Made by a program: the position numbers and the translations under genes
The notes under the pieces: model-generated
Seen by the model: only the letters and a program-made list of their open reading frames with translations
The model's database searches: none
Told to the model about the DNA's origin: nothing
Part shown: one piece after another, positions 1-13,052 of the stretch
Layout of the letters: the number at the start of each line of letters is the position of its first letter
How positions within the stretch are numbered: the stretch's first letter is position 1
DNA from: Eledone cirrhosa
Lineage: Eukaryota
Reading direction: 5' to 3'
DNA: 64,000 bases
NCBI GenBank assembly: GCA_964016885.1
Contig: OZ024740.1
Location: forward strand, 69,874,001 to 69,938,000

Positions 1-158
1 AGTACCAATTAATACGAAACAGCGCTCTCAACTTATCTCCACCTGCCTACCGAAAATTTAAGTAAACGACAATGTCGCTACTTTAAAACAATAGCGTATG
101 GTCTTCAAAATGCTTTTAATTAAGCATACAGTGTATTGCAAAATACACTATATATACA

Positions 159-162
<4 letters not shown>

Positions 163-194
<32 letters not shown>

Positions 195-270
195 CATTCA
201 TACAGACATACGTACATACATACAAACGTACATACATACATACATGCATACATACATACATACATACATA
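163..270. repeat. (TA)n followed by (CATA)n microsatellite
   Basis: Directly visible tandem repeats. Confidence 0.95.
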
Positions 271-773
271 CATGGTGGCTGCCAACTCATTTTCGAGTAC
301 GGCCACTACTTTATATCCATGTAGGAGAACCCCTACCGATGCGCTGAACGAGTGTGACTTTTTAGTCCAGCCAGCAACTTGAAAACTCTGGTACAAACAC
401 TACACTTGTGACAATTATTGACACATAGTGCTGGGCCCATGGTACCATGTGACGACAAGTGCAGAGAGATCTCCAGATATAAAGCAATGCCTGTGCTGTG
501 AAGCTTTTATAGTGAGCAAAGGCACTGCACAAAGCCAGTCCCACTCTCTTAACCAAGATGATATTTACCAAAAAGAAGAACAAGTCAACATCATTGGAAA
601 CCATCAGGGTTGCAGGTGTTATATCAGAGTTTTCCTTCTCTTAGAATTCTGCCTTGACAAAGGCTAAGGGGTCATCTCTCCCGGTGATTTTGGATGGCCA
701 TTGACTCTTAAGAGCTCCTTTGCCCTTTGACAGGTTTTGTTTTTAGTCCTGCAGGATGTCCAAAGTCACATCC
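271..773 (-). mobile_element. Non-coding RTE-related short retroelement ('element X'), copy 1, longest
   Basis: Near-identical to 3607-4014 and 9571-9940. The left end is fixed and abuts (CATA)n, i.e. an (ATGT)n tail on the minus strand. Minus strand carries AGAAGGAAAACTCTGAT, resembling RTE 5'-UTR motifs, and a terminal hairpin. Confidence 0.7.
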
Positions 774-820
774 ATCCATACATACATACATACATACATA
801 CATACATACATACATACATA

Positions 821-3594
821 CAAACAAGAATTGAGAGCTGTTAGCGAAAAGCGCCGATACCTGAAGAAGGTAGATGAAAGAAAAATGCTTAATAAAAGAT
901 TCAGACGAAACCAGACATCAGTCTATGAAGGGCAAAATAATAAGTGTCACTGAGGCCCCATCCCAGAAAGACATAGATTCCTTTTGGAGAAAAATATGGG
1001 GTGAAAAGAAGAATTTCAACCAAGATGCAGTGTGGCTAAAAGAAATCTGAAAGAACTATTGCTCCTATAATACAACAAAAACATACGAAATAAGTGAGGG
1101 TAGCCTTGAGACTGTGATAGGAAAACTCCAAGATAAGAAAACACCAGGAAGAGACATGATTGTCGGCTACTGGTACAAAAAACTGATATTCTATCGGAGG
1201 TATCTTACTGACCTCTACCAGCAAGTTCTTAAGGGAGATACACTTATACCAGAATGGTTGACATTAGCACAAACATTACTGGTCCAGAAGAACAAAGACA
1301 CCCACTTGGCAAAAAGCTACGGAACCTGATGTATAAGATGTATACAGTCTTCCTGAACCTATTCCTCCACGATCACTGTGAAAATAATAACATCATCACA
1401 GATGAACAAGCAGCTGGAAAGAATGGGGTTTGGGGATGTCCTGAACAACTCCTAATCAACAAAACTGCGATGTCGGAGGTGCGACAACTTAGGAGGAATA
1501 TGGCTACAGTCTGGATGGTCTACAGGAAAGCTTTCGATTCTGTTCCCCACTCTTGGATGATAGAGGCCCTCCAACTTGCTAAAGTCCTAGACATTATTGT
1601 CAGAGCCATAGGAAAGCTGTCTTCTTCTTGGGCTACTATCCTAAGGTTAAAGACAGAGAGAGAGGACTCTATTTTCACTAATAAAATAAAATATCGCAGG
1701 GCTATATTTCAGGGAGACAGTCTCTCTGTGATATTATTCATCTTGTCATTAAACCCCTTGTCCTTTCTGCTCAAGAAATGTGAGGGATGCATCATTGGCT
1801 CACATGAGGACAGAAATACGAACCTAACCCATAACTTCTTTGTGGACGATCTGAAACTCTATGCCAAGAACATGGATGGGATGAAGAAACATTTTGACCT
1901 GGTTACAACGTTCTCAAAGGATATAGGAATGAAGTTTGGCCAAGTAAATTTTCATACATGACTGTAAAGCGGGGAAATACAACCCAATCTAGCAACATTA
2001 TCATCAATGGCATAACTGTTTCACCGATATATGGTGAAGACTGCTACAGATACCTGGGGATAGATGAGAACATATCCTATAATGGTATATGTAATAAGGC
2101 ACGCGTAATCAGGGGATACTACACCCGATTAAGAAAGATTTAGTGATCGGAACTCTCTGCGCAAAACAAAATAGTGGCTCACAATGTGTTTGCTGTGCCT
2201 GTCCTAACAACAACGTTTAGAATACTCAATTGGACGATAGACAAAATCCGAGCTGTTGATGTTAGAACTCGAAAAATACTAAACAACACCGGAATCGTCC
2301 ACATCAACTGTGACATAGACCGCCTTTACTTGAAACGTAAGCAGGGAGGCAGAGGGCTAACATCAGTCCAGACAGCCTTTGAGTGTGGCATCATATCCCT
2401 CCGAAAACATCTACGAACCTCGAAGCGTAGGAGCCCGTGTCGCGAGCAAGGCTATCTGCATGAAACAGATAAGATCATGAGAGTTGGGAAGGAACTCCTC
2501 GGGAGATATTCCCTGTGTGATAATCAAAATCTCACACCCAGGGAGGTCGTTCAGCGGTATCGCAGTGAATTCATGGTAAAAAACTGCATACTTATCAGCA
2601 ACAAATCATGCATGGATATGTTGCCAGGAAGCTCCAGAGTGAGAGTAATATAGATAAGGAAAGTAGTCTATCTTGGACCAACAACCGCTATATTGGCTCC
2701 CACTTTCAAGGATACGCTTTTGCAATACAAGAACAGGAAATTAACACGAAATACCTGATTCACAAAAGAGATAGGTATGCAGGCAAAACACCTAGTTGTG
2801 ATAACAAGTACAGACTCTGCAAAATTAACATCGAAGATATCACCCATGTCATCAGCTGCTTTCGAAAGGTGTCATCGCGGTACTATCTAGCTATGAGGCA
2901 TGATGTAGTGGCAAAAACACTGTACAATGCAATCCATAGAAAAGATAGCCCCGATAATAAACACATTAAAAGCTACAGCAATGTGGAAGACATCCATTTA
3001 TACATAATATGAAAGAGTACTGGTGCAATGTTTCAGTAAAAACTCCAATAAAATGCAGGCATAACAGACCAGATATGATATGGGACAGGGAAAAGAAAAC
3101 ATGCACTGTAGTGGAAGTTAGCTGCCCAGCAGATACCAATATAATATCAAAGATTAGCGAAAAGGAGAATAGTTATGCCGAACTGATGAGAAATCTGCAG
3201 ATACTCCAGCCTGATTACACCTTCATATTTTTGCCTGTGATTATTGGGGCACTGGGGTATGTTAGTAACTGCCTCAATATAAATCTTGAGAAGCTAGGCT
3301 TCGCATGAACGGAAATAACCCAACTAGTTAGTTAATTACAAGTACAATCCATTAATAGAACAGTAAAAATATGTAAAACATTCCAAATATGTTGCATCGA
3401 ATAACTGCATATACACATGCACACATACAACTCAAAACATATACATGCACACATACAATAACATCCATATCTACACATGCAGGCATGCATACATATCTAC
3501 CTAGTAGAATTCCAATGAGAGAGTCTTGTGTCTATGTTAGAAACCGACTCTCTCTCTATTGGTAAAAATTTATGGAATTATAAAACCAGAAGAA
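821..3594 (+). mobile_element. 5'-truncated, frameshifted R4/Dong-like non-LTR retrotransposon (RT + CCHC + restriction-like endonuclease)
   Basis: ORF pieces 1254-1961 (RKAFDSVPH, FQGDSLS, FFVDDLKLYA), 2174-2653 (RLYLKRKQGGRGL), 2608-3012 (RLCK..EDITHVISC..RHD), 3009-3308 (RPD..VEVSCP..EK..Y). Flanked by (CATA)n on both sides. Confidence 0.9.
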
Positions 3595-3606
3595 CATACA
3601 TACATA

Positions 3607-4014
3607 CATGGTGGCTGCCAACTCGTTTTCTAGTACGGCCACTACTTTATATCCATGTAGGAGAACCCCTATCGATGCGCTGAACGAGTGTGACTTTTTA
3701 GTCCAGCCAGCGACTTGAAAACTCTGGTACAAACACTACACTTGTGACAATTATTGACACATAGTGCTGGGCACATGGTACCATGTGACGACAAGTGCAG
3801 AGAGATCTCCAGATATAAAGCAATGCCTGTGCCGTGAAGCTTTTATCGTGAGCAAAGGCACTGCACAAAGCCAGTCCCACTCTCTTAACGAAGATGATAT
3901 TTACCAAAAAGAAGAACAAGTCAACATCATTGGATACGATCAGGGTTGCAGGTGTTGTATCAGAGTTTTCCTTCTCCTAGAATTCTGCCTTGACAAAGGC
4001 TAAGGGGTCATCTC
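3607..4014 (-). mobile_element. Element X copy 2 (5'-truncated)
   Basis: Near-identical to 271-680; same fixed left end CATGGTGGCTGCC after (CATA)n. Confidence 0.7.
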
Positions 4015-4067
4015 TTTACATGCACATTACGGTAATATATATATTCAAATGCCTAAATGAGCAGTCA

Positions 4068-4230
4068 GTGAATTGGCAGAGTCGTTACGGTTTCGAATGG
4101 AATTCGTTGTGTTATTTGTTTCGTACGTCTCCGTTACTAGTTCAATTCCTGCGGAAGTAAACTCTCCATTTTCCTATTCGAAGTTGATAAATAATGTACT
4201 TTTCCCGCGGTGATAGTACTGCGGTCGATT
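4068..4230 (+). mobile_element. Degenerate tRNA-derived SINE
   Basis: TGGCAGAGTCG A-box-like and AGTTCAATTCC B-box-like motifs; decayed GTTGATAAATAATGTAC core as in the younger copies. Confidence 0.5.
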
Positions 4231-4769
4231 CATCATTTTTGATTACTTTTTTTCACCAGTTCAGTTTTACTCTTCTATATATAATCCTGATGTGACACAT
4301 TATTTGGAGTACCTTAATGTTACGTCAATGAAATAATCGTACCCCTCCCTGACAACGTTAAATGGATGGATGGGGCCAAGTGATTTTTAAGATACATGCT
4401 CATATAAGAACGGGAGTTTGTGTGTGTGTGTGTGTGTATCTGTGTCTATGCTATGATCAATTCGGTCTTGAGCGCTACTGGTAACATCGAACCCAGTACA
4501 GCCTGTGGCATGCTCGACTCGTTGGCGACTAAACCGGCAAACCCACCAAGCTTGAGGGATGAAAAATAAAACCCGTCAAATGGCAGAGAAATTCATGAGA
4601 ATCAACGGCTATCCAATAGTATGTACATATGTATATAATTGTGTGTGACTGTGACTGTTTATTTATTTCATATATTTTAAAAATCTTTTACATTTTAAAT
4701 CTTTTAATATTTAAATTTTAATTGTTTCAGCTTAACTTTCAAAATTTTAACGGAATTGGAAAGCCCTTA

Positions 4770-6310
4770 TATATTTTTTTCTTGACTAAGGTTTTGGATA
4801 CAATCAACAGAGAAGTCTTATTGATCATTCTTAGTAAATTAGGTTGTCCACACAATTTTCTGCAGATCTTCATACAGCTACATCGTTACATGAAGGTCAG
4901 GGTTTTATTTGATTGAAATCTCTAAGAACAAATTTCTGTGGACATCTGTGCAAAGGAACATAGCTGCTCCAACACTATTTGCATTATACTTTGCCTTTCT
5001 TCTTGATTATGCATTCCACAACCGTAATCGAGGCGTAAACCTCTGCAAGTCTTTAATTTATGAAATGTTAATAATATATCTGTCTTTCAATGAGGTAATT
5101 CGAGAACGTTTGTATGTTGATACGGACTTTGTTGCACACTCAGAAGCAGCTATGCTGTGCCCGATAGATAAATTTTCTGAATCATGTACTCTTTTCGGGC
5201 TTACTGTAAGCTTAAGTAAGGCCAAGGTGGTGTTCACTCCAATACCAGGAGAACGTTATGTTGTACCAAATATAAGTTGTGAATGAAACTCGCTTGGTGG
5301 TCCTGGATGTTTTTGTGTATCTGGTTAATACTCTGTGAAAGGACGGGGTTTAGATGCCTAAATATATCTTCAAGTACAGAAGGCAAGCGCTGCATTTTGA
5401 AAAATTAGTGAAAAGGGCATAAAGTTGAGGACGAAAATAATATTTGTATGAGGCATGTGTACTAACAGCTTTGTTTTATGGGTATAAAGCATGGAACACT
5501 CACCAGTGGTATTTCAATATACTTGAGAGCTACTACTAAAAGTGCCTTCGGCAGATCCTAGGTATTAAATGGAGAAGCATGACACCTAACACTGAAGTTT
5601 TAGAACTATGAGAGTGCTTAACAACCAATTCCTTTTCACTAAAAGACAGATACTTTGAGCAATATACATTGTTCGTATGAATGGCTCAAGGCTTCCAAAG
5701 GAAATCTTTATGGTTAGCTTGTGCAAGGAAAACCTATAGCATAAGCCTAAGAAAAAGTACATAGAATGCATTAAGGAATGTTTGGGTTTCGATGTAAATC
5801 AATGAGGAAAGGAATCTTTTCGTTGTAATACATGGAAAAAGAGAATTAAATCAGGGTGTCAAGTATTGAAGGAAACGAAACTACCAAAATCAGAACTAAA
5901 ACGGGTACTAAGAAAGGGTAAATTGCTAGGGCTTCAAAATGTTGATTATTGGAATTGCAATTTCTGTTACAGAGTCCTTCTCTCATGAACAGACAATGAC
6001 TCCGACAGATTATGTTGCAACTCTCTCTGCACCCCGAGTGTGACTACTTGTCAACTTTGTAGCAAGATGTCTAAAACAACCTCCAGGTTAATACATCATA
6101 TGAAGGCTCATCAACATAAAATTTCACATTCTGATCCAATTATCCCAGCACACACTGGTATACATCTGGCACTTGAGCCAAAGACCCTGTAAATCAGTTG
6201 CTTGATTGGAAATTCACCTCCGTACACTTGGGCAGCTGTAAACTTGATGGAGGGATTGAGATGATGTTGAGAAGGATATCATCTGACAAGATGACACAAT
6301 CATCATACAT
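4770..6310 (+). mobile_element. Old, decayed RTE-clade LINE remnant (RT to C-terminus)
   Basis: Fragments LTKVLDTINREVLLIILSKLGCP, IAAPTLFALYFA, FVAHSE..DKFSESCTLFGLTVSLSKAKV; C2H2-like CxxC..H..H near 6050-6115; many stops and frameshifts. Confidence 0.75.
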
Positions 6311-6384
6311 GTATGTATGTGCGTGTGTATGTAGGCATACATGTATACATGATGTTGCTACTATTGTTTAATTCCAGATCAGAG

Positions 6385-6655
6385 TTGTAGGCCTGAGTGT
6401 CTAAGAATTTCGCTTCGCAATCACGAGATCTGCTGTTTGATCCCAATTGGCCTTGTGAGCGAAACTGGATTTACAGAAACTAAGTGGAAGCCCTTTATAT
6501 GGGTTTCCTCTGTAATATTCTCGTTCTCCGTTTTTAACATACGGTGTCACACTAGCTCTGCCTGAGAATTATGTTAAGAATATACGCGTCTTTGGAATAC
6601 CGAAACACATTAATTCACGTATCGAACAATTGAATGGCTATCGTTGGAATCGATG
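6385..6655 (+). mobile_element. Highly degenerate SINE fragments
   Basis: tRNA-like head remnant; the tail resembles the reverse complement of 22630-22770. Confidence 0.35.
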
Positions 6656-9204
6656 GAGGAACCACACATAAGCTATAATGAGAGACAAAGAGGCATGAAT
6701 TAGATTAGATGCGTCCCCATCGTTAGCTGCAATTTAGTTGAGCTTCAATGCGAGTGTATGTGTAAAATTGTGCGTGTTTATGCGCGCATCTATGTATACA
6801 GATTTGTGTGTGTTTATGTAAATATAAATCAAAGTCAAAAAGAAAAATTAAAGTAATATACGTATTAAGAAACAATGGTCTACCGATTTGAAAATATTTT
6901 AATTATTTCTTATCAACATCGTGTGTATGAGTTTTAATTTGTTTGTGTATTTACGTTGAATTATGTCTTTATGTGTTTATAATTTTGTGTACATACTGTG
7001 TTTATTTGGCTGCGTGTTACATGTACTGTACATCATCTCAGTACGCGTATGTATGTGTGTACAGTTCTCGGTTAGCGTCAATATTTGTATATCTTTGTTT
7101 TCTGATGCTTCTTAGTGTAAGATGATACGTTGAGTTACACATTTGAAATTTTAACTTAAGTCATTTGGGAATCAATATAAAATGTAAAGACATCAATAAA
7201 TTGATTGAATTTGAAATCCCCGTGTGATTCTCGTTACTGCAATGGAGAGATATATCTTAGATAATAATATTGATAAGTGAAATGCAATACACTAAAATTC
7301 CAACATTTACATTTGTAATATGCCAGTAATCTTCAGAACCAAGATGGCGTCTATCATTTCTCTTACATCTCAGTTACTTCATCTGAGATAAAAATAAAAC
7401 AAAAATTGAATGCGCAGATAATAAATGTAATTTGGTCATTCGGGACTGACTTCTTACATTTCCAAAGCATTTATCTCTCCAAATAAGACACAAAGCAATT
7501 ATAGAAAAATTCTTCACTATAAACATCTTGAGATTTGCGAAACTTTAGAAGAAGAAAAAACATTACGAGCATTGAATCAAAGACTCTTCTTTCAAATTTA
7601 ATGACATCTTAACTTAAAAGAGAACTCCAGATTTTAACTGCGGGGAAGGGAAAAGTTTGATTTATGTGGGAATATGTGTGAAAATGTGTGTGTGTATGAG
7701 TGGGTGTATGTGTGTGTGTATATGAGTGTGTGGGGTGGGGTAGGGGGGTTGCGTGTGTGTGTGTTTGAATTAGTTGACCTTTAGTGTGTTGGCTTTCAAT
7801 TACCGTGTATACTCTATGCACATGCCACATGTGAATGAAAAAGAATCTATTGATATGTTTTAAACGGTATTAAGTAATAGAACTTTGCGTATTTGATTTT
7901 AAATCGTATTTAGTATCATAATTTAATACAAATCTGATGAAATTCATAGTCAGATATTTAAAACGCATGTTAAAAAAAAGAACAGGCTTTTTTTTTTTAT
8001 GAAAGTCATCAAAATCTGCAGTGTACTAATTCTGCACTGTGGTATATATTAGTCTAAACTCAGACCTAATACAAATGTAATCCAACTACGATGCTAATCT
8101 TTATCAAATTCAGATAGTGATTCAAAGAGCTTTTCGGAATATAGTATTTCTAAGAGATCTTCATGTTGCTTATCATTTATTTTAAGTCTCTATGATAAAT
8201 CTTTCATACGCGGCTTTTTTTTTTTTTTTTACCAAAATTAGATAATATTTGTTGCTCAACAAAGATTTCTTTCACTATGTTAAAAAAGATTTTAAATGGT
8301 CGAATAAACAATTTATCCGTTTTTCACTTGATTCATTCTTACAACATTTATTCAGCAATAGATTACCACTGTTACTAAATATGTCTTGCTTGTGGTAACA
8401 AATTATTAAAAAATGAACTCAGAAAAAGACTGAATAAGTTGCCTAAATATACTTATGTAATTCAGATATTCACTGTACTTACACCAACATAATTCTATCA
8501 GATAATAATTTATGGTGGCATGCAATATATTAAGTGGAATGATGCTATATGATTTTATATATATATTTCTTTTTTTTTTTGTTAAATAATTCCAACCAGA
8601 TTATCGCAACAGTAGAATAGATATTTATTTTAAACAGAATGTTCGTCAAATATTGATTTATCATGTAGGGGAAAAAATGAAACTTCTACAAGGATTTATA
8701 CTGTTGGCTCCATATTTGCTTTTATTCACATTATAATGGCTATTTATTAAATATGAGAAAAAACTGTCTTCATTAATGCTTGTGAATCATAAAATATACA
8801 TATACATACGTATATAACTATACGAAGAGGCTATAAGTTTAGTGATATGTTGATATGTAAATAAATATTTGCAATGTGTCGTGCTAGAAATTATTACATG
8901 AATGCATTTAATAAATACATTAAACATTTCCATTTGACAAGCTTAAATCGTATTGAAAGCTAATAAATGTTTCTTTAAAACTGAGCCAAAGTTAATGTAT
9001 AACTGAAATTTCCCTTATGTAGTTTGCCTAAAAACCACCAAGAAGAATGTAAAATATTGACAACACTTTTTGTTGACCCTCCGCTAAAATTTGTAAAAGT
9101 GTATTTAAAGAGTATGTTAAGAACATAAGTTTATTGTGAAGTGCATGCATACAGGAGGCAATTATTCACATAAAACAAAATTTAGGAAGTTTGTAAATGT
9201 ATGT

Positions 9205-9410
9205 ATATGGCCTAATGGTAAGGGTGTTGGACTTACGATCATAATGTCGTGGGCTCGATTCCTGGGCGAGGTTGTGCTCTTGAGCAAAACACTTCATTTC
9301 ACGTTGCTCCTGTATACTGCAGAGTACCATCAGTAGCTGGGAGTTTAAACCTGCAAAGGACTGGTGCCGTGTATAAGCACCAGTCTGGCGGGCTTCCTCG
9401 CATGAGACAC
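9205..9410 (+). mobile_element. tRNA-derived SINE (second family)
   Basis: TGGCCTAATGG A box, GGCTCGATTCC B box, core TTGAGCAAAACACTTCATTTCACGTTGCTCC shared with the minus-strand copy at ~23170-23210. Confidence 0.7.
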
Positions 9411-9570
9411 ACTTTATACTATATATATATAATACTAGAGCATATGAAACCCGATAACAGAAAACAATGTACGTTAACACACTTCTTATTTGCACTGATT
9501 ACATATAAAAATCAACACCGTATTCTAAAGTAAACGGCCTTACACACACTCACAAACACATACATACATA

Positions 9571-9940
9571 CATGGCGGCTGCCAACTCGTTTTCGAGTAC
9601 GGCCACTACTTTATATCCATGTAGGAGAACCCCTACCGATGCGCTGAACGAGTGTGACTTTTTGTCCAGCCAGCGACTTGAAAACTCTGGTACAAACACT
9701 ACACTTGTGACAATTATTGACATATAGTGCTGGGCCCATGGTAACATGTGACGACAAGTGCAGAGAGATCTCCAGATATAAAGCAATGCCTGTGCCGTGA
9801 AGCTTTTATAGTGAGCAAAGGCACTGCACAAAGCCAGTCCCACTCTCTTAACCAAGATGATATTTACCAAAAAGAAGAACAAGTCAACATCATTGGATAC
9901 GATCAGGGTTGCAGGTGTTATATCAGAGTTTTCCTTCTCC
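9571..9940 (-). mobile_element. Element X copy 3 (5'-truncated)
   Basis: Near-identical to 271-640; flanked by TACATACATA on both sides. Confidence 0.7.
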
Positions 9941-9950
9941 TACATACATA

Positions 9951-11842
9951 CAAGTATAAACAATTGAAAATTTCCTCTCACCGAAATCTTCCAGAGAGAA
10001 ATTAACTCATGTATAAATATCTCTCTGTCTAGACGTGTTAAAATGACAATGGTGAATAAAAAACCAAATAATGAAATACTACGTGTTATTGACGAAATAG
10101 GGGATGAATATTTACGACGGATAAAAACCCCAACATTTTGGCAAATCAACGCTTGTTTATATGCCTTAGCAATGACAGTGAAGCATTATCTTGGTGATAG
10201 CAGAGATATTAACAAGAACAAAACACCACCAAAAATACCATCATATATAACTAAAATAGAAAAAAAGAGTGCTGACCTACGGAAAAACATAGGACATGTG
10301 ACAATGCTCCTTTACATGCAAACAAACACAAAAAAACCTCACTACTCACCAACAAAGAGTGAAAAATAAAATAGCGACGATATTTGGTAACAGTATAACC
10401 AGAACTCTCCAATATAAGCTGATCACCCTCAAACAAGAATTGAGAGCTGTTAGCGAGAAACGCCGATACCTGAAGAAGGTGGATGAGAGAAAAATGCTTA
10501 ATAAAAGATTCAGACGAAACCAAACATCAGTCTATAGAGATATGAAGGGCACAATAATAAGTGTCACTGAGGCCCCTCCCAGAAAGACATAGATTCCTTT
10601 TGGAGAAAAATATGGGGTGAAAAGAAGAATTTCAACCAAGATGCAGTGTGGCTAAGAGAAATCCGAAAGAACTATTGCTCCTACACTACAACAAAAACAT
10701 ACGAAATAGGTGAGGGTACCCTTGAGACTGTGATAGGAAAACTCCAAGATAAGAAAACACCAGGAATAGACATGATTGTCGGCTACTGGTACAAAAAACT
10801 AATATTCTAGCGGAGGTATCTTACTGACCTCTACCAATAGGTTCTTAAGGGAGATACACTTATACCAGAATGGTTGACATTAGCACAAACGTTACTGGTC
10901 CCCAAGAACAAAGAGACCCACTTGGCAAAAAACTACCGACCCATTGCATGCCAGAACCTGATGTATAAGATGTATACAGCCTGCCTGAACCTATTCCTCC
11001 AAGATCACTGTGAAAATAATAACATCATCACAGATGAACAAGCAGCTGGAAAGAAAAGGGTTTGCTGAACAACTCCTAATCAACAAAACTGTGATGTCGG
11101 AGGTGCGACAACTTAGGAGGAATATGACTACAGTCTGGCTGGACTACAGGAAAGCTTTCGATTCTGTTCCCCACTCTTGGATGATAGAGGCCCTCCAACT
11201 TGCTAAAGTCCCAGACATTATTGTCAGAGCCACAGAAGAGAGGCTGTCTTCTTCTTGGGCTACTATCCTAAGGTTAAAGACAGAGAGGGAGGACTCTATT
11301 TTCACTGATAAAATAAAATATTGCAGTGGTATATTTCAGGGGGACAGTCTCTCTGTGATATTGTTCATCTTGTCATTAAACCCCTAGTCCTTTCTGCTCA
11401 GGAAATGTGAGGGATACATCATTGGCTCACAGGAGGACATAAATACGAACCTAACCCATAACTTCTTTGTGGACGATCTGAAACTCTATGCCAAAAACAT
11501 GGATGGGATGAAGAAAAATCTTGACCCGGTTACAGCGTTCTCAAAGGATATAGGAATGGAGTTTGGCCAAGATAAATGCTCATACATGACTGTAAAGAGG
11601 GGAAAAACAACAACCCAATCTAGAAACATAATCATCAATGGTCTACCTTTCTCACCGATATCTGATGAGAACTGCCACATATACCTGGGGATAGATGAGA
11701 ACATATCCTATAATGGTATCTGTAATAGAGAACGCGGAACCAGGGAATACTACACCCGATTAAGAAAGATCTCGTCATCGGAGCTCTATGCGCAAAACAA
11801 GACAGTGGCTCACAATGTGTTTGCTGTGCCTGTCCTAACACC
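9951..11842 (+). mobile_element. Second copy of the R4/Dong-like LINE, 5'-truncated, running into the assembly gap
   Basis: 10430-11842 aligns closely with 821-2210; RPIACQNLMYK, WLDYRKAFDSVPH, FQGDSLS, VDDLKLYA motifs with stops and frameshifts. Confidence 0.9.
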
Positions 11843-12042
11843 NNNNNNNNNNNNNNNNNNNNNNNNNNNNNNNNNNNNNNNNNNNNNNNNNNNNNNNNNN
11901 NNNNNNNNNNNNNNNNNNNNNNNNNNNNNNNNNNNNNNNNNNNNNNNNNNNNNNNNNNNNNNNNNNNNNNNNNNNNNNNNNNNNNNNNNNNNNNNNNNNN
12001 NNNNNNNNNNNNNNNNNNNNNNNNNNNNNNNNNNNNNNNNNN
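11843..12042. other. Assembly gap (200 N)
   Basis: Run of n characters. Confidence 1.
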
Positions 12043-12187
12043 TGTTTTTTTTCTGTTCCATTTCTCACTGCCTGATGAGGTCATGACTGTTGAATAATGG
12101 CTATCACTGAGATATATAGAGCAACGAATATGAATAAACGAAGTTAATTTTACCCTGTTAACTTACACTTCTTGTTTGTATATATAT

Positions 12188-12200
12188 ACTACTACTACTC

Positions 12201-12244
<44 letters not shown>

Positions 12245-12257
12245 GATACTACTACTA
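12188..12257. repeat. (TAC)n microsatellite
   Basis: Visible. Confidence 0.95.
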
Positions 12258-12660
12258 TGTGATTGTGTGCTTGTCTGTAATTAGATATAGCTAAAGCGGC
12301 GCATAATGGGAAAATACTTTGAAATGGAATAAAACAAGTTTCGCGGAGGTTTTCCAGTTACCTTCATAAATAGAGAGAAAGATAGAGAGAAAAAGATAGT
12401 GGTTGTAATAGAATAGATTGAAATAGAAACATGAAGGGGGAGAGAATGTAACAGAGAAGTAAAATGGAAGGGAGAGAGAAAGAGCTGGGGTGGTGTTGAA
12501 TGAAAGTATAACAGGTGACTTCAAAGAATCGAATACAGCATTACTGTATCCAACTAGAATTTGGCGATTGAATATTAAGTCATATGTATTATATAAATTG
12601 TGTTAGGACTGGATGTGTGAAGCGAATATTTCCTACTAAATAGGAAGGTTTTCAAACTTT

Positions 12661-12866
<206 letters not shown>

Positions 12867-13001
12867 TGGCCTTCCAATTTCATTTTACATTATATACATG
12901 TCTGTGTATATTTTAATTATTTAAAAATGATTTTTAAGTGAGCATGATTTTTTTTTTTATATTTATAACTCAATGTGACACAATGGGGCACGGGTCGTCT
13001 A

Positions 13002-13052
<51 letters not shown>

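Noticed and set aside
362-667. ~80-aa ORFs conserved in the three X copies
   Set aside because: Conservation reflects recent copy identity; no protein motif, and starts are non-ATG.
12065-12115. Hammerhead-like CTGATGAG-GTCATGAC
   Set aside because: No GAAA core at the right position and no helix I; at most a decayed remnant.
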